Shown: positions 50,218-64,000, counted from the first letter of the stretch. The stretch: DNA of 64,000 nt from Negaprion brevirostris (GCA_030324005.1 JARDVH010000143.1:23297578-23361577); one strand, 5' to 3'. Program-made: numbers and translations. The notes: generated from the letters alone by a model not told the origin.

Positions 50218-53200
50218 GCTTACAATTTGAGTTCAGAAAAATGTATTGGGCATAGTTGGCCAAAATTAACTCATTAATCCAATATTATGTAATTTAATTT
50301 TATTTTGAAATACTTTTGTTTCCAGTTGGGGAAAAAAGCTCCTACATTAAAAATAGAGTTTATGTACACATGTGAAGAAACATTTAATAGGTGGCAGCCC
50401 AATATTGTGTCACTAAATTAACACTATTCACTTCCCATTGTGACATTATGCCGAGGCCTTCATTGATGTGTATTTTTAATTTATTTCTTGGAAAGAACTG
50501 GACTAATTCACAAAAACTAAAAATTAAACATATGGATGACTATGGCAAGGCTACATTTATTATGATTATTTGCTGCTTAGCTGGAATCTGGATCTCTGAC
50601 ACTTGCAAGATCAGCTCTTATTTCACTGTCATTGGTGAAATTTCCTGTGTTAAACTCATTAAAGTGAGATCATATAATATGCATTTATACTTGGCTTCCT
50701 ATCATTATTAGGCCATCTCATACATTTTAAAAATACTTTTCAAGTAATTTAAAATATACAATTATTTTACTTTTTCCGGATGTTCGTTACTGTTAATTTG
50801 CCATCCTAATATTCATGGGAATAGTAAGTTATCTTGACAACTGCAGGCAACTGTTTTAACTGTATACACGGACTGATGTAACAATACCCTATGTCATAAT
50901 CAGCACTTTTATTGAAGTTATGTTATTTCTATTAGCTGTTATTACAGATCATAAAAATATGTATTTTGCTGAAAAGATTATTTGGCTGAATGGAAAAAAA
51001 TACAGTGTATGTGGTTAAGGATTATTTTGCAAGGTAGGCATGGGTGAATGGAATCGTATTGAACAGTCAGAACAAGGTTGCAGTGAACTCTTAATTGCAG
51101 GTGCCACATGAGATATTAATGTTGCTGTATGTTATGAAGGATGCAAGGCCTTGAAGGGTTGAGTGTCAATTGGGAGATGCAGTTATTCAGTTAATTGTTA
51201 AGTGAATTACATTTTGATGATTTTGTAAATTGGACAATTTCTAGATGTAAAATGCAGATTAAGCTTTTTTAGCTCTGTTCTTGTGATGTGAATGAGTCTG
51301 CCAGGGCTACATTTACTGCTGACATCTGGTTGCTTCTTGATTTGCTGCTGTCCTTTTGATACAGCATGATGTTGTTGTGAAGGCAATTCCAGGATATTAA
51401 CTCCAGTCAGAATTGTGCGCAATTTGAAGGAATTTAGTGTTCTCTTGACTTATTGCTCTAGTCTTAGTGGTAGAGATTGGAGGGGCAAAGAAGTACTGGC
51501 CAAATAATTCACCAAGATTACTGCTGTGCACCCCGGAGATCATATGTGCTTAAGCGTTGTTTTTTCGCTGCTGCTGCTTTTAGTATTATAAATAAAATTA
51601 CAATGATCAAAATTTGTATTTGCTGTAGGATAAGTATCCTTTACATGCTATGCAGTAAAAGTGACAATGGTAGTGTTGCAACATTAAATAGAATCGTGTG
51701 TGTAGCTAATCAAAGATATCAAGGTCCATTTAATTGATTTGTTTCTATCCCTATATTGTACCGTTGCTTATCTATTATAGTAAGCTTTTGAATCTTTGAC
51801 CAGCAATTCTCTTCTGAACACTTGAATGTGCTTAAAGTCCAGGCAATTGACAATAGTCATGAATATTTGGAAAGCAAAATTCATGATAGAAATATGCTGA
51901 GAAGAGAATTGTAAACAGACTCCTTGTTTTTAGCAGAATGCAGCAAAATGGGCAATGTCTTTGTTGCAAGGCTTTTATAGTCCACTTCTTACAGTGTTGC
52001 TGATGAGTATTGTGTTCATCTGCAAATGTGGAGCACTGGTATCTTCGCCCTTCCATTTTGACTGACCTTTTCTAGGCAAGGGACAGTTAATTATTGTATA
52101 TGAATATATGTACTCCAGGCTCCCCTGATGCCGAACTTGATTAAAACCAGGAGGGTCCAAAATTCAATTCCTATTTTGCACTGAGTTAATTGATCCTGAT
52201 CCAACTGACAGTAAGGATTTTGCTCCTGTATTAGGTTGGGGAATTACCAGTTAAGGTCTGCACTAGTAGTCATTATTCAGTGACTCCTGTTGGAAGTGCA
52301 TATGTGTTGACATTGGATGAAAACATGATTGGATACCTAGCTGTGATGCCCCTGCTCCTGTGGTGAAGTGGTCTATTGACATACAGAAATATTGGATATT
52401 TGGACAAGCTATCAGAGGGTATCAGTGACCACTGGTCAGTAAGGCTTTGTGCCAACTGGGGGAGGTGAAACTTCATAGTTAAAGAAACAAAACTAGAGAA
52501 TCTAATAAGCTATAATGATCTTTTGACAATTCTGATTTTCTTGTGCTAAAAACTACTGTTGATCCAAAAGAAGGGGGTGCAGATGGTGCCAAACATAGGG
52601 GCCAGGAGCTGGGAGCAGGGGGAACGGTTGGGATTCTCAGTGTTGTAAAGTTTCAAGTCATCCAGAGCAGCAGACATGACAGACTGGCTTAAAAAAAAAA
52701 CTTATCAAGCTGAGAGTTCCAATTTTTAAAAAAATCTATGGCAATTTCACTAGCTGCTGCACTGTTTCTGAGCTTTGGGTGGTTTTATGGTTCCAAGAAA
52801 AGCCCTCTGTTGGCTGTAGATTTGAAATGATTTTGTAAATGCAGTATTTCTTTGTCACTTTCTTAACATCTGTTGATTGCTTTGTGGTTAATTTTCCTTT
52901 GGGAATTAGCACTGAACTTCCAATTTCCCTGTTGCTGCAGTCACTCTGCCTACTGTATGCTGCTGTCACAAAAGAAAGACAAAACCTACCTATATACAGC
53001 ACCTTTCATTTTCAAAATTGCTTTACAGCTAATTAAGTTCTTTTGACTTGAAGTCACTGGCATAATGTAGGCAATGTTACCAATTATAGAGCAGGCTCGA
53101 GGAGACGAATGGTCTATTCTTAATGCTCATAAGCCATTTTGGGATGGATGAGATAAACCGGGCTTGATGACTTTTGTCATCAATATTTATTTTGTAGACA

Positions 53201-54545
53201 GAGGGTGAAATTATGGCTGGAGTTCTGTTTATTTTGTTGCTAGTGCAAGTTTACTGTCAGTAGGTTTTGTGGGGTGAAATTGTCAAGACAGATGTGCGTA
53301 ATGTGCTCATTGTGAATCAGTAACCTGTTTTACACTGCACGTGACTCTCAAGAGTCTTTTCCATTGTTTATAATCAAGTCCTTTTGTCTACTTGTCCCAC
53401 TCTATTGTGGTGCTTTTAGGAGTTTTTTGAGGGATTGAAATATCATGATAAAGTTGGGTTGCATAGTAGATACTAAAATATAGTTCAGTGAGAAGCAGCA
53501 ATCAGTAGGGTTTTCAGAATTGCTGACAAAGGAAATACAGATATAGTTGTGAACCAGTCAGTCCTTGCCCTCTGGCCTCAGGCACCTGAAGGTTTCAACA
53601 CTTCTGACTAACAGTGAAGACTGATGTTCAATCATTTGCCTTTGTTGCTCTGTCATTTGATCTTTCTACCCCATGAGATTATTAATAAAGTAGAATCACA
53701 TTACACCCCTTTTATGAAATAATTTTGAATAATATCATGCAATCCAGACAGAAGAAAGTTGCTTCCTATTTTTTAAAGAATGGAAAACATTTTGTGTAGT
53801 TTATCTGGGTTGCAAATATTGAATCTCCCCAATTATGAATTTACTATCACCGTGTCTGTATAGTGCAATTCAGCATGTTAATGAGAGCTGAGGAGTCACT
53901 GAAGTGTGTTAACGTCTGCACAATTTAAGGATATTTCATGATGTCGTAAAGTAAAATTTAGGTCCTGGTTTGTTTATTAGTCACAATGGATTCACCTATA
54001 TGGAGCACTAAAACTAGCACCATTGTATTGTTGCAGCTCTAACTGACCTATGTGCTGCATGTCTGTTGGACGTTGTTTACAACGAGCTGCCAACAAACGG
54101 GATTGTTTGGTGAATCTTGAGAGGGCAAATAATATGATGCATAATTGAGGGGGGAGGAATGAGAAGTATAGAAATAGTAGAAGCACTGGAGCCCATGATT
54201 AGGGTGAATGTGGATGGGACAAAAGATGGGGAGTGTGACAGAAACACAACATGTATATAGTTTACAGAAATTTGAGTGAGAGGGGGATTGGAATTTGAAT
54301 GTTGTTATTTTATTTGAGTGCACTGTTTTATGGGATCTCTTTATCAACCAATCCTAAAATGGTTAGGTGATATACTTTTTAAATTATATTACTTTGCTGT
54401 GGTGATTGTGTGCTGCAGTTTTTGCATTGTCATCTTCAATCCTATTTTGGTGCATCATTAAATATCTCTAAATTGTTTATTAAATCTCTTTCCTCACAAT
54501 TGATTTTCTTTAAACTGTGTGATGTCTGTATGTATTTGTTGACAG

Positions 54546-54581
54546 GTTTGGGTCACTGAATTTGCAAAGAATGATGCACAG
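54546..54581 (+). CDS. candidate 36-nt alternative cassette exon of TBC1D22 (K-FGSLNLQRMMH-S/R)
   Basis: Acceptor gacag| is preceded by a 125-nt AG-free, T-rich zone; donor is CAG|GTAAAT. Length is a multiple of 3 and the frame is open in the phase-2 register left by exon 2. No recognised homology. Confidence 0.5.
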
Positions 54582-54607
54582 GTAAATCCTTCCACCCCAC
54601 CTAAAAA

Positions 54608-54918
54608 TATAGAAATCCTACAATACAGAAAGAGGCCATTCGGCCCATCAAGTCTGTACCGATCACAGTCCCATCCAAGCCCTACCTACATATTTACCCA
54701 CTAATCCCTCTAACCTACTCCTCTGAGGACACTAAGGGGCAATTTAGCATGACCAATCAACCTAACCTGCACATCTTTGGACTGTGGGAGGAAACCCACG
54801 CAGACATGAGGTGAGTGAATGTGCAAACTCCACACAGACAATGACCCAAGCAGGGGAATTGAACACAGGTCCCTGGAGCTGTGAACACCAGTGCTAACCA
54901 CTGCTACTGTGCCGCCCA
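54608..54918 (-). mobile_element. HE1-type SINE with CR1-type tail
   Basis: Reverse complement of a near full-length element, inserted ~27 nt downstream of the candidate microexon donor. Confidence 0.9.
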
Positions 54919-56699
54919 TGTTACATATTCGGATCCAGACGAGTTCTTGGTGATGGGGGGAGGAATCTGGGAATTCTCTTCCCCCTCACTGTGCAATTAA
55001 AGACAAATCTAGGGAATCACTGGCCATGATAATTCAATGCAGTCTTTATTCCAATCAGAAACAGATCCAGTATTTTCTTGAAAAAATTCTGTGAACTCTG
55101 TACATTTCAGCATCTGTTGGACAAGCAATCAGCCTGTTCCTAAGGTGTACTATTCTCCTGGAAAAGAACCACCACCTCCTGGCAGCTAACCTAGACCTGG
55201 CCTTGTACAACTTAAAATTGTGACCATTTGCCTTCTCTAAACTTAAAAAATAAACTGGAACAAATTGTCAGCTTGAACTCAATTTGTTCCCTTTGTTATC
55301 TATAAACCAAATCTTGATCAGGACATTTGAAATCTGTGCTTTTCTGAAGTGTAGAGTCTTGCACCTTTTAGTCTGGCTTGATGACTACAGTCTTAATGTC
55401 ATCCACCATATGAGGTGACCAGAACTGAGCATGGTACTCTGCCTGAGGCCTGACCGTGGACTTGTCCGAGGACAAAATATGGGCATCAATTTTGCTCCAG
55501 TAATGATTGTAAAACTGTCATCATTGAGCAATGTTTCTCCACCTAAACTGACAGCAACTTCTGAAATCTGAAGGCTTATTTGGAAATCCTGAAGTTGCTG
55601 ATTCTACGTGTCCCTGCTATTGAGACATTCTAGACTACACACAATGGAATTGATGAGAATTTGCACTTTTATACTGTAAAAACCCTTGGAAAAACTTACT
55701 CAATGGGAGGGGGGAGGGATTAATGGCATATTAACTTCTAATTACTGTTAAACATTTTCACTGAACCTGAAAAGTTAGTTATATATTTTTGAAAAGTCAA
55801 ATTTTTCCATAATAAAAGTAATCACTTTTAAAAAAAAATCTTTTTGGAAGTTTATCTATTTTAAGTTCTCTCAATTCAATCATAACTTATTCTACTATCT
55901 TAAAATATTAACTAAAAATGAACAATATTAAATGCTTTAATTTCCTGATTTGGCAGTGCGAATACCATATAATGATTGGTTGCTTAGCTGCTTGTTAAAT
56001 TCAATTCTGCAGCATGCCAAAACACTACCTGATGTGGTGCCAAATTCAACCTGCTTTTGGAAAATGGACAAAATCCACGGAGGTTGCTAATTTTTTGTGG
56101 GCAGCTTTCTTTGAAGTCAAAAGTGGGTGCCTTTGTTTCACTGGTGGCTGCAAAATCCAGGCCAGAATGATTTGCCTCAGACAGTTATATAAATGCATCC
56201 TGATACCCTGGTTGGTCTCAGTGTCACTTCATTGAATTTTTCATTCATTTTTTGGAGATTAGTGCATTAGACTAAGTTGGTTTCTTTCCTTCTTCACCTA
56301 TTTGAATGCTTTTTTCCTGTTTCATGTATGTACGTTCACCTAGATAACATTGCACTTTTCCAAATTAAGCATCATTTGCTGGTCAAAATCCAGTTCATCA
56401 ACACATGAAGCTCTTCCTGAGGGAGTCCAACATCAGCTGCAATTCTGCATTCATGTAAATCTTATTGTCTGCAAGCTTGTAGATTTGATCCTCAACACCA
56501 ATACTTGCATCTGGATTGTTAATAAAAAATAAAGTGCAATGCTCCCAGCACTGATGGCAACTTTCTGAACAGATCCAAATCCATGTCAGACCTTCCTGCC
56601 AGTTCTCAATTCAGCCCAAGATATTACTACTAATACTAGAGGCTTTGATCTGACAGATTCGTTTTGCCAAAAGCTTTTTAGAAGTCAAGGTTTCCTCGT

Positions 56700-56978
56700 A
56701 AACCACCTTGGTAACACATTATAAAACCGAGTAGGCGTAGATCATTTGGCCCCTTAAGCATGCTCCATAATTCAATACGATCATAATCTTCTACTTCTAT
56801 TCCCCTTTCCCACCTAATTGCATATCCCTGATTTTCTTTATATGTTAGAACATAAGAACATAAGAAATAGGAGCAGGAGTAGGTCATCTAGCCCTTCGAG
56901 ACTGCCCCGCCATTCAATAAGATCATGGCTGATCTGTCGTGGTTCAGTTCCACATTCCCGCCCTCTCCCCATAACCCT
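56700..56978 (-). mobile_element. stacked CR1 3' tails running into a gap
   Basis: 'gaacataagaacataagaaataggagcaggagtagg' at 56848 and an older tail at ~56715-56830. Confidence 0.75.
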
Positions 56979-58224
56979 NNNNNNNNNNNNNNNNNNNNNN
57001 NNNNNNNNNNNNNNNNNNNNNNNNNNNNNNNNNNNNNNNNNNNNNNNNNNNNNNNNNNNNNNNNNNNNNNNNNNNNNNNNNNNNNNNNNNNNNNNNNNNN
57101 NNNNNNNNNNNNNNNNNNNNNNNNNNNNNNNNNNNNNNNNNNNNNNNNNNNNNNNNNNNNNNNNNNNNNNNNNNNNNNNNNNNNNNNNNNNNNNNNNNNN
57201 NNNNNNNNNNNNNNNNNNNNNNNNNNNNNNNNNNNNNNNNNNNNNNNNNNNNNNNNNNNNNNNNNNNNNNNNNNNNNNNNNNNNNNNNNNNNNNNNNNNN
57301 NNNNNNNNNNNNNNNNNNNNNNNNNNNNNNNNNNNNNNNNNNNNNNNNNTTGGACTTAAACCTGGTGTTGTCAGACTTTTTGCCATGTGGTGTCACAACA
57401 TTACGACATCACAGCTAAAATCTGCACCTGATTGAAAAACACAAAAGCTCTGTTGTGAATCATTTAATGTTTTGTGATCTACTATTACATTTCCCTCCAC
57501 ACTGAAAGATTCGGAATTCACATCGTGTGGGGTATTTGGAATACATAGCATGTTTAAAAAGAATACCAACAATTATTGCTCGAATTTCAGAAAATTCAAA
57601 ACAAAGAAATTATACTTTATGCACTTTTAAAAAAAAATGGTGTATCCTGGCAAGATACTGTGATAGCAAGTCTTGGGACATCTTGGACAGCAATACCCTG
57701 CTTTCCACAGTTAACTGCACTTGCTCATTTTTGGTGTTGTTTGATTTATTCTTTAGTAAATAACCTCAGTAATATTATTGTTGCAAAAGGTAGACCGTTA
57801 TTAATTTTAATCTTGTTGCTATTAATCTATTCCCAAGGTTTATCTGTCTTTAATTCCAAACTATAAATCCACTTTTTAATGCAGCATCTTTGAATTCAGT
57901 GGTGCATTGTTTTACTCGGCTGTGATGTTGCAATGTTAGGATCCTGTCCATACCTGGTTTCGGATTAATTAATTCTCTGCTGTTTTTGCTGATACATTAA
58001 TTTGTCATTTCTGTTTGCTGTTTTGGATCTAAAACATGCTTTTCCTGCTATCTGACATAATTGAGCTCTGTAAAGATGCTTGTTCATCAATTTAGGAAAA
58101 ACGTAATTCATTTATTTTGCAGGTTGAAACTATACAAAGGCTTGCAGTCTCATTGTTGCAAGCTGTTCCCAAGATGACTGAGTACAGAAGGCCGTGCCCC
58201 TACCCTGGGCCATGTGACCCTTAT

Positions 58225-58496
58225 GGGTGGCACGGTAGCACGCTGGTTTGCACTGCTGCCTCACAGCGTCAGGGGCCCGGATTCATTTCCTGGCTTGGGC
58301 CACTGGTTGTGTGGAGTTTGCACGTTCTCCCTGTGTCTGAGTGGATTTCCTCTGGGTCCTCCGGTTTTCTCCCACAGTCCGAAAGATGTGCTGGTTAGAT
58401 GCATTGACCCGAACAGACGCTGGAGTGTGGGGACTAGGGGAATTTCACAGTAACTTCATTGCAGTGTTAATGTAAGCCTTATTTGTGCCTAATAAA
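58225..58496 (+). mobile_element. HE1-type SINE, alternative-tail subfamily
   Basis: Head, V-domain and tail 'ttcacagtaacttcattgcagtgttaatgtaagcc'. Confidence 0.9.
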
Positions 58497-60349
58497 CCAG
58501 ACTTGTTCTGCAGATTGATCCAGAAAGGGATAGTCGCCACAAGCTCTTGATCTCAACTTTATTACTGTGATAAAGAGCTAGACATCAAGTGAATAGAGTC
58601 GGTGGTCCTCACATCTGAATTTGCTAATACAGCAAACTCTTGATCAGTCAAGCTTGGATATCACAAAATTCCATGTGTGTTGAAGTTNNNNNNNNNNCAT
58701 AGTGCTCAGTCTGGTTTAGCCAAACTTCTTGGTGTTAAGAAAAATAATACTGAAATCCTTTGCAGAGTGTGACTTCCATTACATGAACAAACTGGCCTCT
58801 TCTGCCAGGTGTCATATGACCAAACTGACCAGTCAAAGTAGAGTGCTTAGAACTAGGTGTGCTCATGCTATGAAATGCTGGACAAGCCATCATTTCACAT
58901 CAAGGTTTCTCTCTGAATCGCGGCACAAAATATGCAAGTATGGTGAAACCTGTGGTAAATTTAAGTGTTGTTCATTGCAGAGAAGGTGAAATTGATAGGG
59001 CAAGTGGAATAGCGTGGCTTAAAGCAGGAAGTGGACATTGTGAAGGACTGGGAGATTTTACCATAAAAGTTTGCTCACCTTTCTGAAAACCAGTGAGAGC
59101 ACCTTGGCAAGGTTCAACAAATGGCATTCTTGAGCAAAAAGGGTGAGAATGGTTGAAGGCAACCTGAGCAGCGTATGTTCCCATCTTGCTTTTGTTTGTA
59201 TACCAGGCGAAGTAGAAAACACATGCATGTAGCAAATTAAGCCTCTACAGTTACCTCAAGACTCTGCTTACTCTGAATTCCAAGGTGGTTTCTTGAGATT
59301 TGACTCATTGAGAATTTACTGTAATTAGCTCATGATGATGTTGGGAGGAGGCTGGTATTGGATTGCCACCTCCCTGCTCAGTTGGAGATGTGAAAAGTGC
59401 AGAATAGTAAAAGTTGCCTTGCCCTTTATAATTAAAACAAATACTCAAAGCCATTGAGGGAGCAGTGAAGGTCATAAAGATCATTCTGCGTAAGCCCCAA
59501 AAAGACTGAACTTGGAACTGGGTTAGTTGCCTCGTGGTTCGTGTCATTGACTTTATTCACAAGGCAAGTAGTTATGAAGCCAGTAGCATTTAAAGCAGAT
59601 CAGTTCATACTTTTAGTTTCAGCTATTTGAAAAAATGGACAGCTTTATAAAAAAATTATTTCTTCTAGTAATATGTAGATAGGACATGATCAATTTGTAT
59701 ATGATATGCCATGAACACTATCCTTTTTTCAAGAAAACTTATTACAGCAAAGTGTGTTTTTGTCTGTGTGACCTTGCTACAACAGCAAGGTAGCTTATGA
59801 AAAATAACTGCTCTTTATGATGTTTGGTCTTATGCAAACTGGGAGTAGATTTGACATTTATTCCTCAAAAATGAATAAATTTTTTATGCAACATCAATAT
59901 ATAATGTTTTCTCTCAATCTAATTCATTTAATATGCTATGTCTTTAGAAGACAAGCCTTGTGTGCTACTCTCTAAAATTCATCTGTTGTGTTACATTTGC
60001 CTTCTCAGTGTTAGAGTCCTCTCCTTATGCTAATTAAACCCAATTATTTTGATAACTCATATTAAAATCACACAGAATATTTACAACATGGGAGGAGACC
60101 ATTCAGCCTGTCTGTATCTTCCCAGCTGGAAGAGTGACCTTAAACCCACTGCAGCATTTGGTCCATTGCCGTCTAGCTACAGTAATTCAAATACTTCGGA
60201 TGGAATTTTCCTGGGATGGGGTGCGAAATTTAGCAGATTATGCAAAGGTTAGTTGAATTCAGGCAGGAATTTCCGGTCTTGGGGCAAGCGTGACTGGAAA
60301 ATCCTGCCCTCTAAGTGCAATGATGATTTCTGCCTATACCATCCTTTCA

Positions 60350-61032
60350 GGCAGTGAGTTCTATCATGTGGGGAAAATGTAAAATTGTCCGTTTTGGGCA
60401 GGAAGAATTAAAAAAAACTTTTTCTAAATGGTGTCATTGCACACCACAGATGCCAAAATGCAGACGTGTATACCAACAGATGCACATCTGGGTGAGTGAA
60501 TTGCAAAAGGTTAGTATGCAGGTACAGCAAATAATTAGGGCGGGTAATGAAATGGTATTATTTATTGTGAGGGGAATTGAATACAGAGGTAGAGAGGTTT
60601 GCTTTGGTTATACAGGGATTTGGTGAGATCACATCACAGTCTTGGTCTTCATATTTAAGAAAGGATGTAAATGCATCAGCAGCAGTTCAGAGAAGGTTTA
60701 ACACCTGCAGTGGGAGATTGTCTTATAAGGAAAGATTTTACAGGCCAAACTTGTGTTTGCAGGAGTTTAGAAAATGAGGCCACTTGAGTGAAACATGCAA
60801 GATCCTGAAGGATCTTGATAAGGTGGATTGAAACATAGAAATACGAACAAGACTGAGTCACACAGCCCTTTGAGTTTGCTCCACTATTCATTATGATCAT
60901 GGCTGATCATCCAACTCAATAGCCTGGTCCTGTGTTTCATCCATATCTTGTGATCCCTTTTGCCCAAGAGTTATATGTAACTCCTTGAAAACATGTAATG
61001 TTTTGACCTCAACTGTTTTCTGTGGTAGTGAA
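60350..61032. mobile_element. two CR1 fragments, tail to tail (60350-60830 +; 60832-61032 -)
   Basis: KCKIVRFG...WSSYLRKDVNA..AVQRRF on the + strand, followed by a reverse CR1 tail. Confidence 0.75.
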
Positions 61033-61335
61033 TAATCAAGGATTCCACGCACCCCAAACGTACTCTCTTCCATCTCCTTCCGTCAGGAAAAAGGTACAAA
61101 AGTCTGAGGTCACGTACCAACTGACTCGAGAACAGCTTCTTTCCTGCTGCCATCAGACTTTTGAATGGACCTACCTCATACTAAGTTGATCTTTCTCTAC
61201 ACCCTAGCTGTGACTGTAACATTACATTCTGCATTCTGTCCTTCCCTATGTACGATATGTTTTGTCCATTTAGTGTGCAAGAAACAACACTTTTCACTGT
61301 ATGCTAATACATGTGACAATAACAAATCAAATCAG
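61033..61335 (+). mobile_element. Rex1/Babar LINE 3' end
   Basis: Clearly homologous to 19153-19470. Confidence 0.85.
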
Positions 61336-61399
61336 ATAATAAATCACCCTCCAGCTTTGTGTCATCTGCAAATTTGGAGATATTACATAAACACTACAA

Positions 61400-63620
61400 T
61401 CAATAGGTCGGATGTTTTGAAGGACATCGATTTCTGGGTGGTTGTTGGTGAATTTCAGGGATCTGTTTTTTCATGTTGACTGCCACCTCTGGATTCTTTG
61501 GTTAGTTTGGACATCGTCTGTGGTTATCTTCATTAGGGTTGACATAGTGTTTGAAGGATGGCTCGGTGTTGAAGTGTTCTTAACTATTGTATCACCCAAT
61601 TGTTTCAGGTACTCTCAGGTATGTCCAGGTCTTCACTTGGCACAGCTTGACTGACCCTGTCGCTGGCAAACTAGTTCTGGTTGCCAAAAGTTAGTCTGCA
61701 TCTCTTCTCCATACTGTAATGTCTCATGTTTATACAGTGTTGGAGACCGCTCCTGTCTGTGCTAAGACAAGGACAGGTATCCACTTTTCACTGATAGTCT
61801 TTTGTCAGCACTTCTTGTCTGTAATGAAAAATGTGGCATTTAGCTCTATTCTCACAAGGTCGTATAACCTGACCTGCTGTTTCTTCTTGACAGTTTTGTG
61901 TGTTTTGGGCAGCTTAAGCAATCAAAATATATGTAATTGAAGTTTTATCATGAATGGAGAACTTTGGCTTGTCAAATGTGTAGCGTTTGCTCAAGTGTTT
62001 AGACAATTAACATTACTCTCGTATTCCCTTCAATTAATGTTTCATTCTGCGAACATGCCTTCCTACCATTTGTGGCAGGATGATAAGGAACAGATTGGAT
62101 GTACTGAATCCATTCTCCTTTAAATAATATTTGTGAATTTTGGCTAAATGAACTGCGACCCATTGTCACTCACCTTGTTCAGGGTAACCAAATCTTCCAA
62201 AACCACACATCAATTGTCCTCTCTGACAATGTTGTCTTCATAATGGCAACTTCATTGAATCCATAAAATCCCTTCAGTGCAGGTGCCTCAGTAACGGCTT
62301 TGATATTCTAAGGCAATTTGTGCAGTCTCTTTACGTCAATATTCAAAAGAAGATTGGAAAAATTCACATTTATCTTTCTGTAGTCATAATCTGTAATCTT
62401 TTAATCTCTAGTGTCGCATCCAGATTGTGGAGATGTTCTTCCTCATTTTTCTATTAAGTTGAAGTATCATATAAGTAATGCTGGACTCCTAATCCACTAA
62501 TAATTTGATCTATCACACATTGGAACAGTGCAGGTGCAGACATGATGNNNNNNNNNNATATCTGAATAACCCTTTTGTGTGTCATGATAAGATGAGCTTG
62601 ACTGAGGTCAATTTTATGAAGTATTGTCCTTCAGTCAACTCAGAGAATAAATCAGTGATTGTGCAGTGGGCACTGCTATGCACACGCTACTGGATTGATA
62701 GTGACTTTAAAATCACCACAAATGCATACTAATCCACCTTTCTTCTTCATGGGTACTACTGGCATGGTCCAATCACTCATACTAACGAGTTTGAGGATTC
62801 TTACTTTGACCAGCCACTCTTATCTTGCCTCTGCCTTAGGCTCAATTGCGTACGGCACTGATTACGCATTTTGCTTGACTTTCATCCTTATTCTTTAACT
62901 TGACTGAGATCTCCTTCATGCTTCCCAGTTTCTCTTTAAAGACAATGGCATGTTTCTTTAAAATGTTCGGTTGACCTGCTTTGGAATCCGATCTATCTTG
63001 GCCCAGTTTAATTTGCTCGTATCCAGACAGGTGCTCCCCATCAGTCCTGCGGTCTCTCCCTTCAACTGCACGTTTCCATTGATGTGGTTCCTCAACAGAA
63101 CCACTTGTCTAGTATAGGTTTTTTGTATTGGCTTTGAGGATTTCAAAGCAATATGTTGTAGTTTTTCTTAGTTAACAGTTTCTGGTACCAACAAAACTGT
63201 TGCTCCATTGGACAACCCATGCAAATGGAGGTAGACATTCAGTAAAGGAGTGACCCAGTATCGCTTTGTTGCATCTGAAATAGCCAGTATATTCAATAAC
63301 AGTTCATCTTCTGACTATGAATCTGGTCTTTTTTTTATACTCTTTTCATATCACTTGGACGAATTTTCCTCTCTTTGGTATTCCATATGGTGCATTCGGC
63401 TTTATATAGTTTTTGCTTGGAACTTGTTGTTTCTTTCTTCAACAAGCATGTTCAATGTGCCCCTTTCTGCCACAATTAATGCACCTCACATCTTTGCTCC
63501 AGCAATCTGCTGCTGCATTCCCAGTTTTTGTACATCAGTGGCACCTTTGAACCTATGTCTGTGTTCCAGTCTCAGCTGACATTTTATGGATTCCACTGCT
63601 TGAACTTAACTGTTGAGCTT
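61400..63620 (-). mobile_element. very old LINE relic (clade uncertain)
   Basis: Long minus-strand A-rich skew and broken frames with LINE-like composition; no intact motif. Confidence 0.35.
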
Positions 63621-64000
63621 TCTTGGACTAGAGTTCAAAGTAAAATAGGTAAAACCACACAATCATTTAAAAAATAATTGGCTGTTTTGATGAGTGTCTT
63701 TCCGGAATTGATGAGTTAAAGTTGATTGAATGACCATTTTTTTTTTGTGAACCACCTTGCTATAGGCTACTCAATTCAAAGTTCTGTAATGGGCCACAAT
63801 GATGAGAAAACAAATGTCCTGTGTCTTTGGAATGTGATTTGTTTTGACTGTTTATTCTGGAGCTGAGATTTCTGGCTCCCAAGGATGGGTGGTAATGCTT
63901 TTCTCAATTTATCCTTTTGTTGCTTTTCTTTTTCATGGTTGATCCTGCAAGGAAGTCAGCACGACTGTCAACTCCAATTTAAATAAAAGATGTACTGTAT

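Noticed and set aside
53994-54003. CArG-like box CCTATATGG
   Set aside because: It has only five central A/T bases, so it is not a consensus SRF site.
3070-57435. Longest ORFs in the track (3070-3573, 8078-8740, 56818-57435 and similar)
   Set aside because: They are long only because they run through N gaps.
58123-58225. Good acceptor tttattttgcag| as a possible TBC1D22 exon 3
   Set aside because: The phase-2 frame hits TGA after ~17 codons, shows no similarity to the conserved F.EF..NTSDAWD exon 3 motif, and runs into a SINE.
1-64000. True tRNA, snRNA or rRNA genes, CRISPR-like arrays, endogenous viral ORFs
   Set aside because: All Pol III A/B-box hits are SINE heads. I saw no regularly spaced repeat-spacer array and no long intact ORF.

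Overview
Vertebrate nuclear DNA, almost certainly from a shark or other elasmobranch, judged by HE1-type V-SINEs and Deu-domain SINEs alongside CR1, RTE, Rex1/Babar, Tx1, Penelope, hAT and Harbinger relics. It comes from a gapped draft assembly. The one host gene I can support is the 5' end of a TBC1D22-family Rab-GAP gene on the + strand. It has a CpG-island promoter at about 23.57-23.99 kb, coding exon 1 at 23886-23941 and exon 2 at 32189-32245. The conserved exon 3 is not recognisable and probably lies beyond 64 kb. Nearly all ORFs in the supplied track are spurious or are decayed transposon frames. I found no convincing novel multi-gene system. The best leads are: a frame-preserving 36-nt candidate cassette exon in intron 2; a stack of uORFs (one TISU/YY1-initiated, one ending in a TGATG overlap with the main start); three local duplications upstream of the promoter, two with fold-back or template-switch signatures; a hAT element with intact ends nested in a CR1; and an apparent SINE tail swap. 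Repeat family names come from recalled motif similarity, not database searches. Repeat boundaries and identity values are approximate.
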